NCBI GenBank assembly: GCA_004764695.1
Contig: SMSO01000035.1
Span: forward strand, 4,352,040 to 4,416,039
Length of the DNA: 64,000 bases
Source of the DNA: Schizochytrium sp. TIO01
Lineage: Eukaryota; Protista; Bigyra: Labyrinthulomycetes
Direction of reading: 5' to 3'
Shown: piece after piece, positions 11,985-23,193 of the stretch
How the letters are laid out: each line of letters starts with the position of its first letter
Position numbering within the stretch: the first letter of the stretch is position 1
Notes under the pieces: generated by a model
Databases searched by the model: none
Seen by the model: the letters and a program-made list of their open reading frames with translations, nothing else
Told to the model about the DNA's origin: nothing
Made by a program: the position numbers and the translations under genes

Positions 11985-12079
11985 AGCGCATGGAGGGACT
12001 CGAACCCCCTTCATCAGCTATCATGCCTACCGAATCTGGTAGATGGAAGGCTAAGATAATACCCATATACGACATGCGC
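11985..12079 (-). tRNA. tRNA-Gly(TCC) with a 24-nt intron at 37/38, copy 1
   Basis: GCGCATG TC GTAT ATGGGTA TTAT C TTAGC CT-TCC-A[TCTACCAGATTCGGTAGGCATGAT]A GCTGA TGAA GGGGG TTCGAGT CCCTC CATGCGC T folds as a full cloverleaf. It is followed by CATA and a T-run. Confidence 0.93.
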
Positions 12080-12874
12080 GTCGTATCACTCCAACTGGAG
12101 ATGGAACGGGGAGGGGAGCAAAGGTATAAAAGCATCATGTCACGAGTAGAATAGAAATTAGGTTTGATTCCAGAGCTTAATAGCACAACTCTGATCAGTC
12201 CGAGACTGCTCCATTCAATTCTTTTGCTTGAGAAAATAGTGAAAGTATATTTCTTGTTAGCTTGATAAGAAGGCACTTCAGATGCTGAAAAACACTCCAA
12301 AAGCAAAACTCTGTATTTGGCTTTGGCTCCAGGTTCCCCCTACTGTTCTATACTCAGCAGCAATCAGATCTCGGGCATTATTAACTATTTGTATTTGTCA
12401 CATGATATTGGTTCATGGAAAAAGGATTAATGCACGTCTCTGCGCGATCTTTGGTTTTAATCATCCTTACATTCTAATTAATCAAGAGAAACCCTGTACA
12501 TTATCAGAGTAGTACAACATGAGACACCTTTTCATGTACGCTCTTTCCCAGTGCGTCATGAGCGAAACCTTTACTTTATGCCAGAACGAGGCTCCTCTGT
12601 GATTCTGAAGTTATGTGGAGTTGCTCAGACCAACATTAAAACTTCAGAAATTATGAGACTATCTAGGCATCAAAAGTAGACTTGTCCGAGATCATTACAA
12701 AAAAGAACATGCACACAAAAACGTTTTATTTCCGCAACTGGCAGGGTGGGCAACAGCTGCACGACAGCTGCACGGGTGCAAAGAGCTGTAACTCACATCG
12801 AGATTACATGATGAATGGCCCAAAAATAAAACAACAGAGAGATAGACACACAAAAACAAAGGTAAAAAATTATG

Positions 12875-12969
12875 AGCGCATGGAGGGACTCGAACCCCCT
12901 TCATCAGCTATCATGCCTACCGAATCAGGTAGATGGAAGGCTAAGATAATACCCATATACGACATGCGC
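12875..12969 (-). tRNA. tRNA-Gly(TCC) with a 24-nt intron, copy 2
   Basis: Mature sequence identical to copy 1; one substitution in the intron loop; T-run terminator. Confidence 0.93.
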
Positions 12970-13581
12970 GTCGTATCACTCCAACTGGAGATGCATTGAA
13001 ACTTGGTACAAAGGTATAAAACCTTTCGGGTTTGGAAGCTAGTTCGACCAAATCTGATGTTGCCTTTTTGAAAAACAAAGAAGCCTCCATACCTAGTATA
13101 CAATGGTTTCAAGAAATTGTTAAGTTTCTGCTCTTTATAAAACAATGCAGTCTTGTCAAATATCTGGTGAATTGAGTATTCTCCCGGTTTTTTTTTTCGG
13201 TTTTTTTCACACCATTATGTTTGCAGAATCGTTTTACCTAAAGACTTCGTTTATCATGATGGTTCATTCAGAAAAGTTCGTATGGAGTTTTTAGCAAAGT
13301 CATTCAAGACAAGAAATACCTGCCTGGACCTCGCCACAAGCACGATCGAGGTTACATACCGACAAGGCTTAAATACCAAAAAGGAAGGTCCGCGATAATT
13401 AGAACAAGCACCTTTTTTAATTAAATAATAAGTTTTTGTAGGATTAATTCGTATCTCATACCTCGAGGCAAGATCTATAATATTCTTCAAACAAAACGAA
13501 ATCTACACGACAATTGGGTTGTGTTTTTTTGAAGTTGCTGCTGCAAAAAGTAAAGAATTAAACTAAAGAGAAAAAAATATG

Positions 13582-13676
13582 AGCGCATGGAGGGACTCGA
13601 ACCCCCTTCATCAGCTATCATGCCTACCGAATCTGGTAGATGGAAGGCTAAGATAATACCCATATACGACATGCGC
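13582..13676 (-). tRNA. tRNA-Gly(TCC) with a 24-nt intron, copy 3
   Basis: Identical to copy 1; T-run terminator. Confidence 0.93.
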
Positions 13677-14289
13677 GTCGCATCACTCCAACTGGAGATA
13701 CAGAGAATCTGCTTTCACCTCAACAAAAAGCTTGGCAAATCCAACAAAACAAAATTACTCCTGAATAAAGTCAAACAAAGTTACTGAGTCGTCGTACCAT
13801 CGATACATAAATAACGGCAACATAGGTTGACTATGCTGTATGAATTGATCAGGGCGCACTGTAACACCTAGGTGCTCTTGCTGTCAAATTTTGTCGAATA
13901 GAAATATGCTAAACCCGGAAACTATAGCCAGCTTTAATTAATAATGGTAAGAAAACATGAGGTCATCCAAATAATATATCATTTTTATTATTTCCAAGTT
14001 TAATCTTTGATAATTTTTGCTTTTTGCTTTTTTCAAATGAAAAATAATAATCTTGAAGAGCAGCCTTAAATTTAATAGATAAATAAACAAACAAATAAAA
14101 ATTAAAAATTATATATATAATGAAGGTTTTCCTATAAACGAAGTTTACGATTACTTGTTCTTACAGTAAACATTAACAGCTGCAACCCCTGTAAGATATC
14201 AGCACAATTAATGATACTATTTTCACTTCATTGAAGTGACCAACTTGAAGTGAAAAATAAAGAAAAATTTTAGTAGAATAAAAAATATG

Positions 14290-14385
14290 AGCGCATGGAG
14301 GGACTCGAACCCCCTTCATCAGCTATCATGCCTACCGGAATCTGGTAGATGGAAGGCTAAGATAATACCCATATACGACATGCGC
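14290..14385 (-). tRNA. tRNA-Gly(TCC) with a 25-nt intron, copy 4
   Basis: Mature sequence identical; 1-nt insertion in the intron; T-run terminator. Confidence 0.93.
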
Positions 14386-14679
14386 GTCGTATTCCCCAAC
14401 TGGAGATGACTATAGTCAGCGAACACATCCTTATAAAGGATAATTTAAGAAACCACTAAGAATCATTATAAAATTAAAAACTATCTGACATACTGGCCGG
14501 GTTTAAATGCGTTTAAAAAAAAGGAAAAGTAAAGTCATTGGTTTTCTCCTAAGATTTCTTTTTTCATCAGATTTTTTAAAATGCTATGAATTGATTTACA
14601 AATTAAAAAGAATCCAACTTCTAAGAAGTCTTGGCTTGATTACAATAAAATAAAATAGAAAAGGGAAGCAAAAAATATG

Positions 14680-14774
14680 AGCGCATGGAGGGACTCGAAC
14701 CCCCTTCATCAGCTATCGTGCCTACCGAATCTGGTAGATGGAAGGCTAAGATAATACCCATATACGACATGCGC
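14680..14774 (-). tRNA. tRNA-Gly(TCC) with a 24-nt intron, copy 5
   Basis: Mature sequence identical; one substitution in the intron; T-run terminator. Confidence 0.93.
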
Positions 14775-15598
14775 GTCGTATTCCCCAACTGGAGATGACT
14801 CAGATACAGCAATACTTGGTCTTAAACCTTGTTTTGTTAGCTATTCTCCTGTATGGAAGTAATCGCTTTTGTTGTGGCGGATGGATTTAGTTTTGATTAA
14901 CAAACTCAAATTGAGACGAAAGTGATGAAATGCAAGATGATGAAGGGAGAAGAATTGCAGAATTTTATGGAAGTAAGATTTATGGCATGACAAACTGAGT
15001 TTCATTTCTTATACTCCAAGATGTGTAATAATCGAGAAAGAAGTTTCTGCAAGGCCGCTCCTACTTGTATGGCGTTGGGCTCGACGGGATGATGACCAAA
15101 GCAACTAGCGACGCGAAAAAACTAATGCGGTTGTCTTGAATGGGGATATACTGATTGCTAGCGCAGAGCATTGGGGTTTGCAGGAGCCCGAGAAGCGCAC
15201 AAACGGCTTTGCAAATTGATGAAGTAAGAAGAATTCAGAAAGCCAGATTCGAAGAAGTAGACCTTTCAGGTGAGTTGGGCACTGCAAAATATAAAAAATT
15301 ACTTAGAAAGCGTGGCTCTCATAAAGATACTCCTATAATCCACAAACAAACTATCCAAAATCACCCGGAAGAGAATTTGGATACTGTTGTATACTATTAT
15401 AGCTATCGTTATTGGTGGCACGAATGGATGATGTCGCTAGCTATCGATATTCTCGAGGTTGTTGATGTAATAGAATGGCAACTAGCATGGCAGGGTGAAG
15501 CAGCGGATGATGAGACAAGAAGCTTTTGCTAAACCAGATAGATGAGATCCTCCAAGAGACTACCAATTCCATCCGGCCTTGGTCAGGAAATTTGGCGA

Positions 15599-17446
15599 TC
15601 ATGAGCAACTATGCGGCCTCTCGCCGCCATTGAGGAGATGCCAGGATGTTTTAGTGTCGCGGCGTGGGTTCACATAACCTCTCACCATGCTCCACGCCTT
15701 GGTTTGGCGCTTTGTCTCATCCATGGCAAACTGGTGAACTTGGTTAGTAAAGTTCTGAATACCGACCGAGTGACGCAAGTAGTTTTGGATTTGACTGCAG
15801 ATCTCCAGATCGACAGCAGACTCCTGATCCGGATCACAAAGGTGGTTGTTGCATCTAGCCCGCATGTGATAGAGGGCAAGTGCGCGACCACCATGCGCAG
15901 AGTATTGAAGGTACTCGTCTTTGGTGAGCTCTTCGAGATCAACACCAACATTGTGCTTTGATTTCTCTCGAACGATGTAAGCCTTTCCACGAAAGGTGGT
16001 CCATCCGTAAAAGAGGTTTGTGTAGGGCCATGAGGAGCGCTCGGCATCAACAGCACGCTTACCCTCTTGCTGCGCGGTGTAAGAGTAGCGAAAGAAGACC
16101 TGAAGGACGGAGTTAACCTCTTCTTTCATCTCGAGGATAATATATCCATACTTTTGAGATGCGTAGCGTCCTTTGATAAGGATGTAAAATCTATTGAGTC
16201 CAATCGATCCGGTGCCGCTACCTTCCTTACGGGCCACAGCGACAACTTTGTAGAACTTCCCATCATTGGGGAACTTGGCAAGCGCTGCGACACCATGGTA
16301 TAAGTAAGCATCGATGGATTCTTGGAACTCAGGGATCAGCTCTGTAGGTAGTGGGGTGATCTGGTCGCTCTGAATGAACTGATCAGTCTTCAGGTCGATC
16401 ATCATCTTCTTCTCGAGAAACTTGAGGGTGTTCTTAGTGGTCTCAGTGTCTCTGGACTTCAGAAAGAGTGTCTGAATGAGCGGTGCGTGCTCGTTCACAT
16501 AAGATCCATTCTCCGTAAAGCGCTCCGAGTTGGTAAAGTCACAGTTTGGGTGGTCCACGAATGTTGATACATACGCCTCCACAAAAGCCCGAGCCGAGTT
16601 TGAGTCATCCTCCTCGGCCCATGCTCTCGATCTCGAACCCAGCGCGAAACCTGTTGCGCCGCGCTTTACGTCCCAGCTAAACGGTGTTGTAAACGACTGG
16701 TCAAAGTCATTCACACCCCATACTAGCGCACCATTTGCCTGAACCATGACACCAAAGTTCTCAGGGTGACAATCACCGTTTGAATACACGCGCGGCATAC
16801 TGATGCGCTTTGCGGCGAATTGAGGGTCCGAACACATCATGTTGTAGTCGAACAGGGCCGCGGCACCGCGGAAGAAGACAAAAACTGTGTTGTCGGCTAG
16901 CTTTTCGATCTTACTGTTCACCGCCTCCAGGCTTTTTCCACCCTGTAGTGCCGCAGCGCAGTTCTCAATCTGGAATGCTGTGCGGATTCGAGGCATGCCG
17001 CGGTGGTCACACTCCACAAGTGGCAGGTACTGGCCGGAACACCAACCTGAACACAGTGTTCCGTTCAGCCGTGTATGGTTATTCCCACGGTCACCTGCGC
17101 CATACGCGTCGATTCCTTCGTAAGCATCTAAGTCTACCTGGTCCGCGTCCCGCGTGGCAAGAGGCGCTTTTGAAGATGGAGACGAAGCTGATGCTTTCGA
17201 ATCTGCCGCAGAGGACGACGGCGACGGTGAGGAGGAGGAGGCCTGCATCTCGACGGCCAGCTCAGCGAAGCCGTCGGAGAGGGCATCAGGAGCAATCCCG
17301 CTGTCACGCTGGACAACGGCGGATAAAGTCGAGGGAGGCTGCGAGCTGATGGCGAGGCATGCCAGCAGCACCATCACAGCGAGACCAGCCACCGTCAGGC
17401 TTCGCGAGGACCGCGCAGAGCCCACGGAGGCATAGGATCCCGACAT
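15599..17446 (-). CDS. DUF2252-family (kinase-like fold) protein with an N-terminal hydrophobic signal/anchor
   Basis: Motifs FVFFRGAAALF, GDCHPENFG, VNDFDQS...PFSWDVKR, RKEGSGTGSIGLNRFYIL, LEMKE, GKRAV, FYGW and YIVRE. First ATG at 17446, followed by LTVAGLAVMVLLACLAIS. Confidence 0.8.
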   Translation of the reverse strand: MSGSYASVGSARSSRSLTVAGLAVMVLLACLAISSQPPSTLSAVVQRDSGIAPDALSDGFAELAVEMQASSSSPSPSSSAADSKASASSPSSKAPLATRDADQVDLDAYEGIDAYGAGDRGNNHTRLNGTLCSGWCSGQYLPLVECDHRGMPRIRTAFQIENCAAALQGGKSLEAVNSKIEKLADNTVFVFFRGAAALFDYNMMCSDPQFAAKRISMPRVYSNGDCHPENFGVMVQANGALVWGVNDFDQSFTTPFSWDVKRGATGFALGSRSRAWAEEDDSNSARAFVEAYVSTFVDHPNCDFTNSERFTENGSYVNEHAPLIQTLFLKSRDTETTKNTLKFLEKKMMIDLKTDQFIQSDQITPLPTELIPEFQESIDAYLYHGVAALAKFPNDGKFYKVVAVARKEGSGTGSIGLNRFYILIKGRYASQKYGYIILEMKEEVNSVLQVFFRYSYTAQQEGKRAVDAERSSWPYTNLFYGWTTFRGKAYIVREKSKHNVGVDLEELTKDEYLQYSAHGGRALALYHMRARCNNHLCDPDQESAVDLEICSQIQNYLRHSVGIQNFTNQVHQFAMDETKRQTKAWSMVRGYVNPRRDTKTSWHLLNGGERPHSCS

Positions 17447-19418
17447 GGCGTCCAACTTGGTACGATCCCGAACTGTCGCGGCCCGTCTTCGCGCGAGCCT
17501 GCCCCTGATTCGGTACTGAGCGCCAAGATTCAATCCCAGTCAATCCTCGAATTCCAAGGAATCAAATCATGGAAGCCAAAGGCCTCTCGCACTTAAGGTG
17601 GATGGCGCCCTATTTCCATGCAAAGTGGGCACTCCGAACCATGCACCATATTACGATCCCAGAGCTTTTGGGAGCACACTTTCATGGCAGCGCTTCAGAA
17701 CTATAAACCCTGTCAAGAGGAGCATAGGGCAGACTAGGGAGGGCGTGGACACTGCATTGGCACCTTAATGAGGATTGGGAAGCTGTGGAGTACTACTGTG
17801 CCAAGCGAGAGCAGGGGAGCTTGAGAAGCTGGCGTCGAGGCGTTGAAATGCCTGGCAACGTAGCAAGCAAAGCAAATGCATCAACGCGTTATGATGGCTG
17901 TTGAAGCATGACGTGTGGGTTGAGGGGTTGTGGACTGTTGCAAGTGCTTCGTGAAGGACTTAAATGCGGGAACGCTTGACCAATTTGGGAAGAGTACCTG
18001 GCTTGGATGTGACTCTGTTCTACGCATGCCAGGCAGAAGATCTGCTACCTATGCACCTTAAGTGTGCAAGGTGATTGACAAGCTCACCTATTACATGTTA
18101 AAATGTAGTGCTGTGCCCATTTGGGAAAGGCCACCAGCTTTCTGCAACGGGGTCTCTCTCTCTCATGGTCTGGATCACAAATTCATTCTTTGGTTTTGAG
18201 AAACTTTAGTGCATCCTTCCCTGGAAATGGAGGCAAATGGCAGTCTAAACCGCGACATGTAAGAGTGGAGATATTGGAGTCTGGAGATTCTATCTAGTCT
18301 CTACCTGGGACATGTTAGCCACGATCCAGAAGTTTACAGTCTTGATGGGAAAGTGGTTGCTTTGCTATCTATTTTCATAGCTGTTGACTTTAAAATGAGG
18401 CTAGAAGATGAGATTGCTCCTAGGTAAAACACTATTGATAGATAGGAGAAAGGGGGTATCTACTATACTTTAGACGCACCATTAATTTAAGTGTGAATGA
18501 GAGACTTGTACCTCTGTTGACGGAATTATACGCCCAACAAGATAATTTGACTCATTCAAGACCTGTCTCTATTCAAGACCGAGGCGACAATTTACAAGAG
18601 GAGTAGTGCATGCATGCCCTCCTTCGTTTTTATTCAAGATATTTGCCAGCATCGGCTAAGATATGTCATCAACACTAGTTCAGAGCATAGTTCTTAAAAT
18701 ACTAAGCGTGAGCTCGCTTTCAATTTTACGCTTTGACCGAGTTTAATTTAGGGACACATCACTTTCTTGAGAAGTGATGAGTTACTCGACATCAAGTGTC
18801 TTGGCTTCCAAATCGCGCGAAACACTTCTCGTGCATCATGGTCACGGTAAACTAGGCGTGTCTTCATTTTCTTAACTCTTAAGATTCCCAACGAAGGATT
18901 CCAAGAGCAATGGCAATTGCCAAATTTACCTGATAGATCTAAAACACCTCTGTAAATCACAATCCTGCAAAGAATGCCTCTCTCGACAGCGCAGAAGCCA
19001 CAATGTACTACGCCATCCATTCTTCCCGTTAGGTCATCCTAGGAAGGAGCAGAACAGAGAACAACGAAAGAACTGCTTATCATGATAAGCGCCTTCAGGA
19101 AACCTAGGAGGTAGGTAGCATTAGTAGTAGTGCCTAGTTCAGTAGTAGCTGTATATTGATTAATATGTGCGGCTTTTTCTTCTCTCTTCTTCTTCGGTGT
19201 TCTTATTTTCTTCTTTTTCTTGCACGGTTCGCGCTGACCCTCATCGCAGACCTGCAATCGGCATCTTGGAGCGCATCGTGCATCTGGCGAAACTCTCTCT
19301 GGGAGTCGCTTGCGAGCTTTGCGGGGTTTGTTGATAACGACTGTCTGGTTGGACTGTCTGAGCGTGAGACTCTCCGGTTCGGTGACTGAGATTGAGCATT
19401 TGGAGCATCGATCACATC

Positions 19419-21177
19419 ATGGCGACGCAAGACGCTCAGCAGCAGCAAGAACAAGTGGACGAGCTGTAGGTTTTGAAATGACGAAGAATCGTGATACCAG
19501 ATTAGATAATGGGAAAGTGAGCCACTGACGAGGTTTCTGTTTGATTATTTTCTAATGTTGGGAACTCATGCTATACGTGGAAAATGCCCGGCACTCTTCG
19601 AATTACTTTGGCTTCTTGGGCATCTTTCTGGAAATTAATGGATGCTATTTTCTATATGGTTGTGTCAACTTTCGGGAACGCTATACGAAAACAACAACTT
19701 ATGCTTTCTTTTTTAACTATTTATGTTGTGATCTCTATCTCGATTGTTGAGCAATTTTCACTGCTACAATGGTCCCCGCAATGATTTTGGAAATGCAATA
19801 TTCTGTTCATAAACAGAAAGGCAGCCATCAAGGAGCGTGCCGAAGCACAGCAGCTGGACTTAAATGTTATCTGCTTCAAAGATGAACCATTGGACGAGGC
19901 CCTGCAAAGGTTTCTGCAAGCACGCAAGTTTGACCTCGAGGAGACCCTGAAATGCATTTCTTCTGCTATTACCTGGCGCAATGAGAACGCATCCAAGTGG
20001 GTGGCTGAAGGTAAATCTGCTTGCCTACAGGCTGATGAAACCGAAGTGAAACAATTCTACAAGGGTGGGTACGCTGGTCACTGTAAAATTGGTCGTCCGT
20101 AAGTTCTTGTTATTTTGAACCACCTGTCCGCAAATCAGCTACTCCGCGATTGGACTAATTTACTCCTACATCAGGGAGTTAAATATCTAGATTGGTTTGA
20201 ATCCTTTCAATCTTGACCTGATCTGTGTGAAAATCATCAAGGCCTACACATGAAAAAATTCAGCACTAACATTCTATTGTGCCTTGACTACATTCGCAAC
20301 TAATTTCTTCATCGGACGCATATGGGAATTGATGCGGAATTGTACAATCGATATATAATTTAGCATTTGGTATGAGCAAACTGGCAACGCAGATATTAGT
20401 GCCTTGCACTGTCTTACAACAGATCAACGTTTTACCAAATACCACGTATGCCTGATGGAGGAGCTCCAGGATAAGTATGCTGAAAGCAGCAAGCTCTTTG
20501 GACGTACCATCAACAAAACTCTTTCTATCCTTGATCTTCAAGGTGTCACCATGGCCAAGTTGAACTCGGAGACTTTGAACTTTGTCAAATGCATTGCTCA
20601 GGTTGACAGCGATAACTACCCTGAAACAATGGGTCTCATGCTTATTATCAACGCCCCCGGCATCTTTCAGGTTGCGTGGAAGATGATTAAGGGATTTTTG
20701 GATCCCCGCACTGTTAGCAAGATTGAAATTTTTGGTGATAAGTCCACCTGGAAGCCCCGTCTCGCTGAGCTTGTCGACGATGACCAGCTTCCTGCCGAGC
20801 TCGAGGGAAAGGGTCCTCCGTGCCTCTCTGCAGAGGTCCCCTTCATCGAAAAGGACATGGCAAGTGGAGATCAAGCGATCGTATCGCTTGCTGTTGATGA
20901 TGGTGACAAAGTCACATACCGTTTTTTTACGCGCCCAGCTGGCAATATTGTCTTTAAGCTGGTTTTCAAGCCTGTGGGAGATGACAGTAAGGCTGTTGAG
21001 CTTGTCCCGTCTAAACAATACTCTGAAGCGGAATGCAGTAACAATAGCCTTGTTCATGGAACCGTTACTTGTCCTGGAGAAGGTCTAGTGGAAGCTATTT
21101 GGGAGCACCCTAACTGGTGGAGCCGTACTCTCCTCTACCGTGCGTTTAAGGAGATTCCAAATGCCGACGAGGCTTAA
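19419..21177 (+). CDS. SEC14/CRAL-TRIO lipid-binding protein with C-terminal GOLD-like domain; exons 19419-19465, 19817-20098, 20364-21177
   Basis: GT-AG introns join in frame: MATQDAQQQQEQVDEL|KAAIK...LQRFLQARKFDLEE...GHCKIGRP|IWYEQTG...ILDLQG...DSDNYPETMGLMLIINAPGIFQVAWKMIKGFLDPRTVSKI...QLPAELEG. Confidence 0.9.
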
Positions 21178-22989
21178 GTAAGCCTGGTTTGCGTTGAATC
21201 TCCTCGTACAAGGTTGCATACTTAAACTTGGAGGTATTACAGACAATAAGATGTGGAATGGGTTGGCAACTACTTTTTACATATGGGGAATCTGAGTCAG
21301 TGGTAAGGCAAATATAATGGAACCGTCACTCCACTTGATAGATGCTCCAAGTTTTCTTTCGTTTTACAGGTAGAATAGTCAACACCAGCTTCTTCTTTGT
21401 TACTTTCTCACATTGCAAGCCTAACAAAACAATCAAGAGCTAGAAGGAAAAACCAAGGTGACTGAGTACTGTAGTAGTGCATTAACATTATATTAGATAA
21501 GAAAAAATACTCAAATAGTTTCAGCATTACACTATAGCCTAGATTCTCCCTCCTTCGCGTTTTCAACAACCTTTGTACGTCAAATTCACTCCGATATCCC
21601 TAAGTACTTGTGTTTTTCATCCTTTACCTGCCAGTTGCAAGCCCAAAACTTATCCGGGGGCACCATATTTCCCAAAGGTTGTAGAGGTTTGTGAAGGAAA
21701 TTAAAGCACTTCAAAAGTATCCTGCGGCCTTCCTCTCCTGAAGGGAAATGTATAAATGGTCTGTTTTAGATTTGAGAGTAATCATTAGCACCGACCCAGG
21801 TCTAGTTAGCACCGATCCAACAATGAATGTATCAGAGTTTTCCAAGTTCTTACTGCCGTATGAAATAGTCTAAAGATCCGAAGAGGTGTTTGATGTACTA
21901 CTCAGGTCCTATTCAAATATCAAAGTAGGATCACCTCACGTCAGTTTATTATCCTTATAAATGACTTCTTCAGTGTTCTATAGAGTTTAAGAAGAAGGAG
22001 TTACAGTTTAGATTCCCAAATTTGTGGCAAGCGACTACATAATACTTGCACAGTTGGTTGTGATATTAATTACTAATTTTCCAAGAACCTAATGCCATCC
22101 ATGTTTGAGCGTTGAAAGGTGAGGCTGGTCAGCTAGAGGTCGACTATGAAGATGGAGGCAAAAGACTAGATAAGGGCTCTTCTAAGGGGAGTTAAGAAGG
22201 CATGATAATATGCAGTTTAAGAGATAGAGATCTGTTGTTTGTGGAATCCAATGCCAAGGCAGACTGCCCTTTGTTGTCATTATGAGGCTAAGACACACTT
22301 GGACTGCGTTAGATACAATTGACGAGGTTAGGTTAGCTCGTCTCTTTAACCATCAATTCAGCTTCCATCATTGGTTCTAGGAAAACTGTACTTTTGATTC
22401 TTGACTTCATAAACACTCAAGTCTGATTGTCAAGTTCTATTCTTTTGTAAACATCCTGTTCATGAATTCTTAATAAGAGATGCCTATAACTCATGCAATG
22501 TTTTGTAACTGATTCCTTCGATTGGGGATCTCATCATTGAGCTACGAAGAGCTAATCTACAGAGAGCTTGATGCAGTACACTTCAAGGCAATTTGATGAG
22601 ACTAAAGGAACCGGCATTTTGGTCTCCTATTAACATATAGATACTTGTAAGGAGTATCTTATATGAAGTAACACATAAACTTTATTGTACCCTTCTTGCA
22701 TTATGTACTACCGTGTATACAACATGAAAGTCCTCATAAGGCAATAAAGTGACACTTTAGTGTTGTCGTTACTGCTGAGACTACCCAATCGAACGTCCAT
22801 GAGGGCAAGACATAAGCAGAATCATTGGCAACTATTTTGTAATTCCTAAACTATTAGGACTTGTATATGATGAGGATGTGACTATCAAATGCGAATGTGT
22901 GAGGCCAAGTATACTCAAGAGTGAACGTATAGTATAATCCATAATCAAAGGATTTTGTAACGAAAATCTAAATTAGTCGATGAAGAAAC

Positions 22990-23193
22990 AAGTTAACCTA
23001 AGATCTCCGTAAAATCAGATGAAGCCTGACATAGTCTCTTAATTAGAATATCAAGTTAACCTATCCTCATGAATTCTCAGTAAAATCAGATGAAGCTTGG
23101 CATATTCTCCTAGCTAGAATATCAAGTTAACCTATCCTCATGAATTCTCAGTAATAATAGATGAACCCTGTCGTAGTCTCCTAAATAGAATAT
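22990..23193. repeat. Degenerate tandem repeat, about 69-bp unit, 3 copies
   Basis: aagttaaccta...gtaaaatcagatgaagc...tagaatat recurs at about 22990, 23054 and 23123; the first copy has a deletion. Confidence 0.8.

Noticed and set aside
11985-14774. tRNA-derived SINE family, or CCA/CAT anticodon readings
   Set aside because: The mature sequences are identical and there is no SINE body or tail. The stem TTAGC/GCTGA fixes the loop as CT-TCC-A[intron]A, giving Gly.
11914-14812. Repeated small ORFs (MSYMGIILAFHLPDSVG... / MEGLEPPSSAIMPTESG...)
   Set aside because: They are translations of the repeated tRNA genes.
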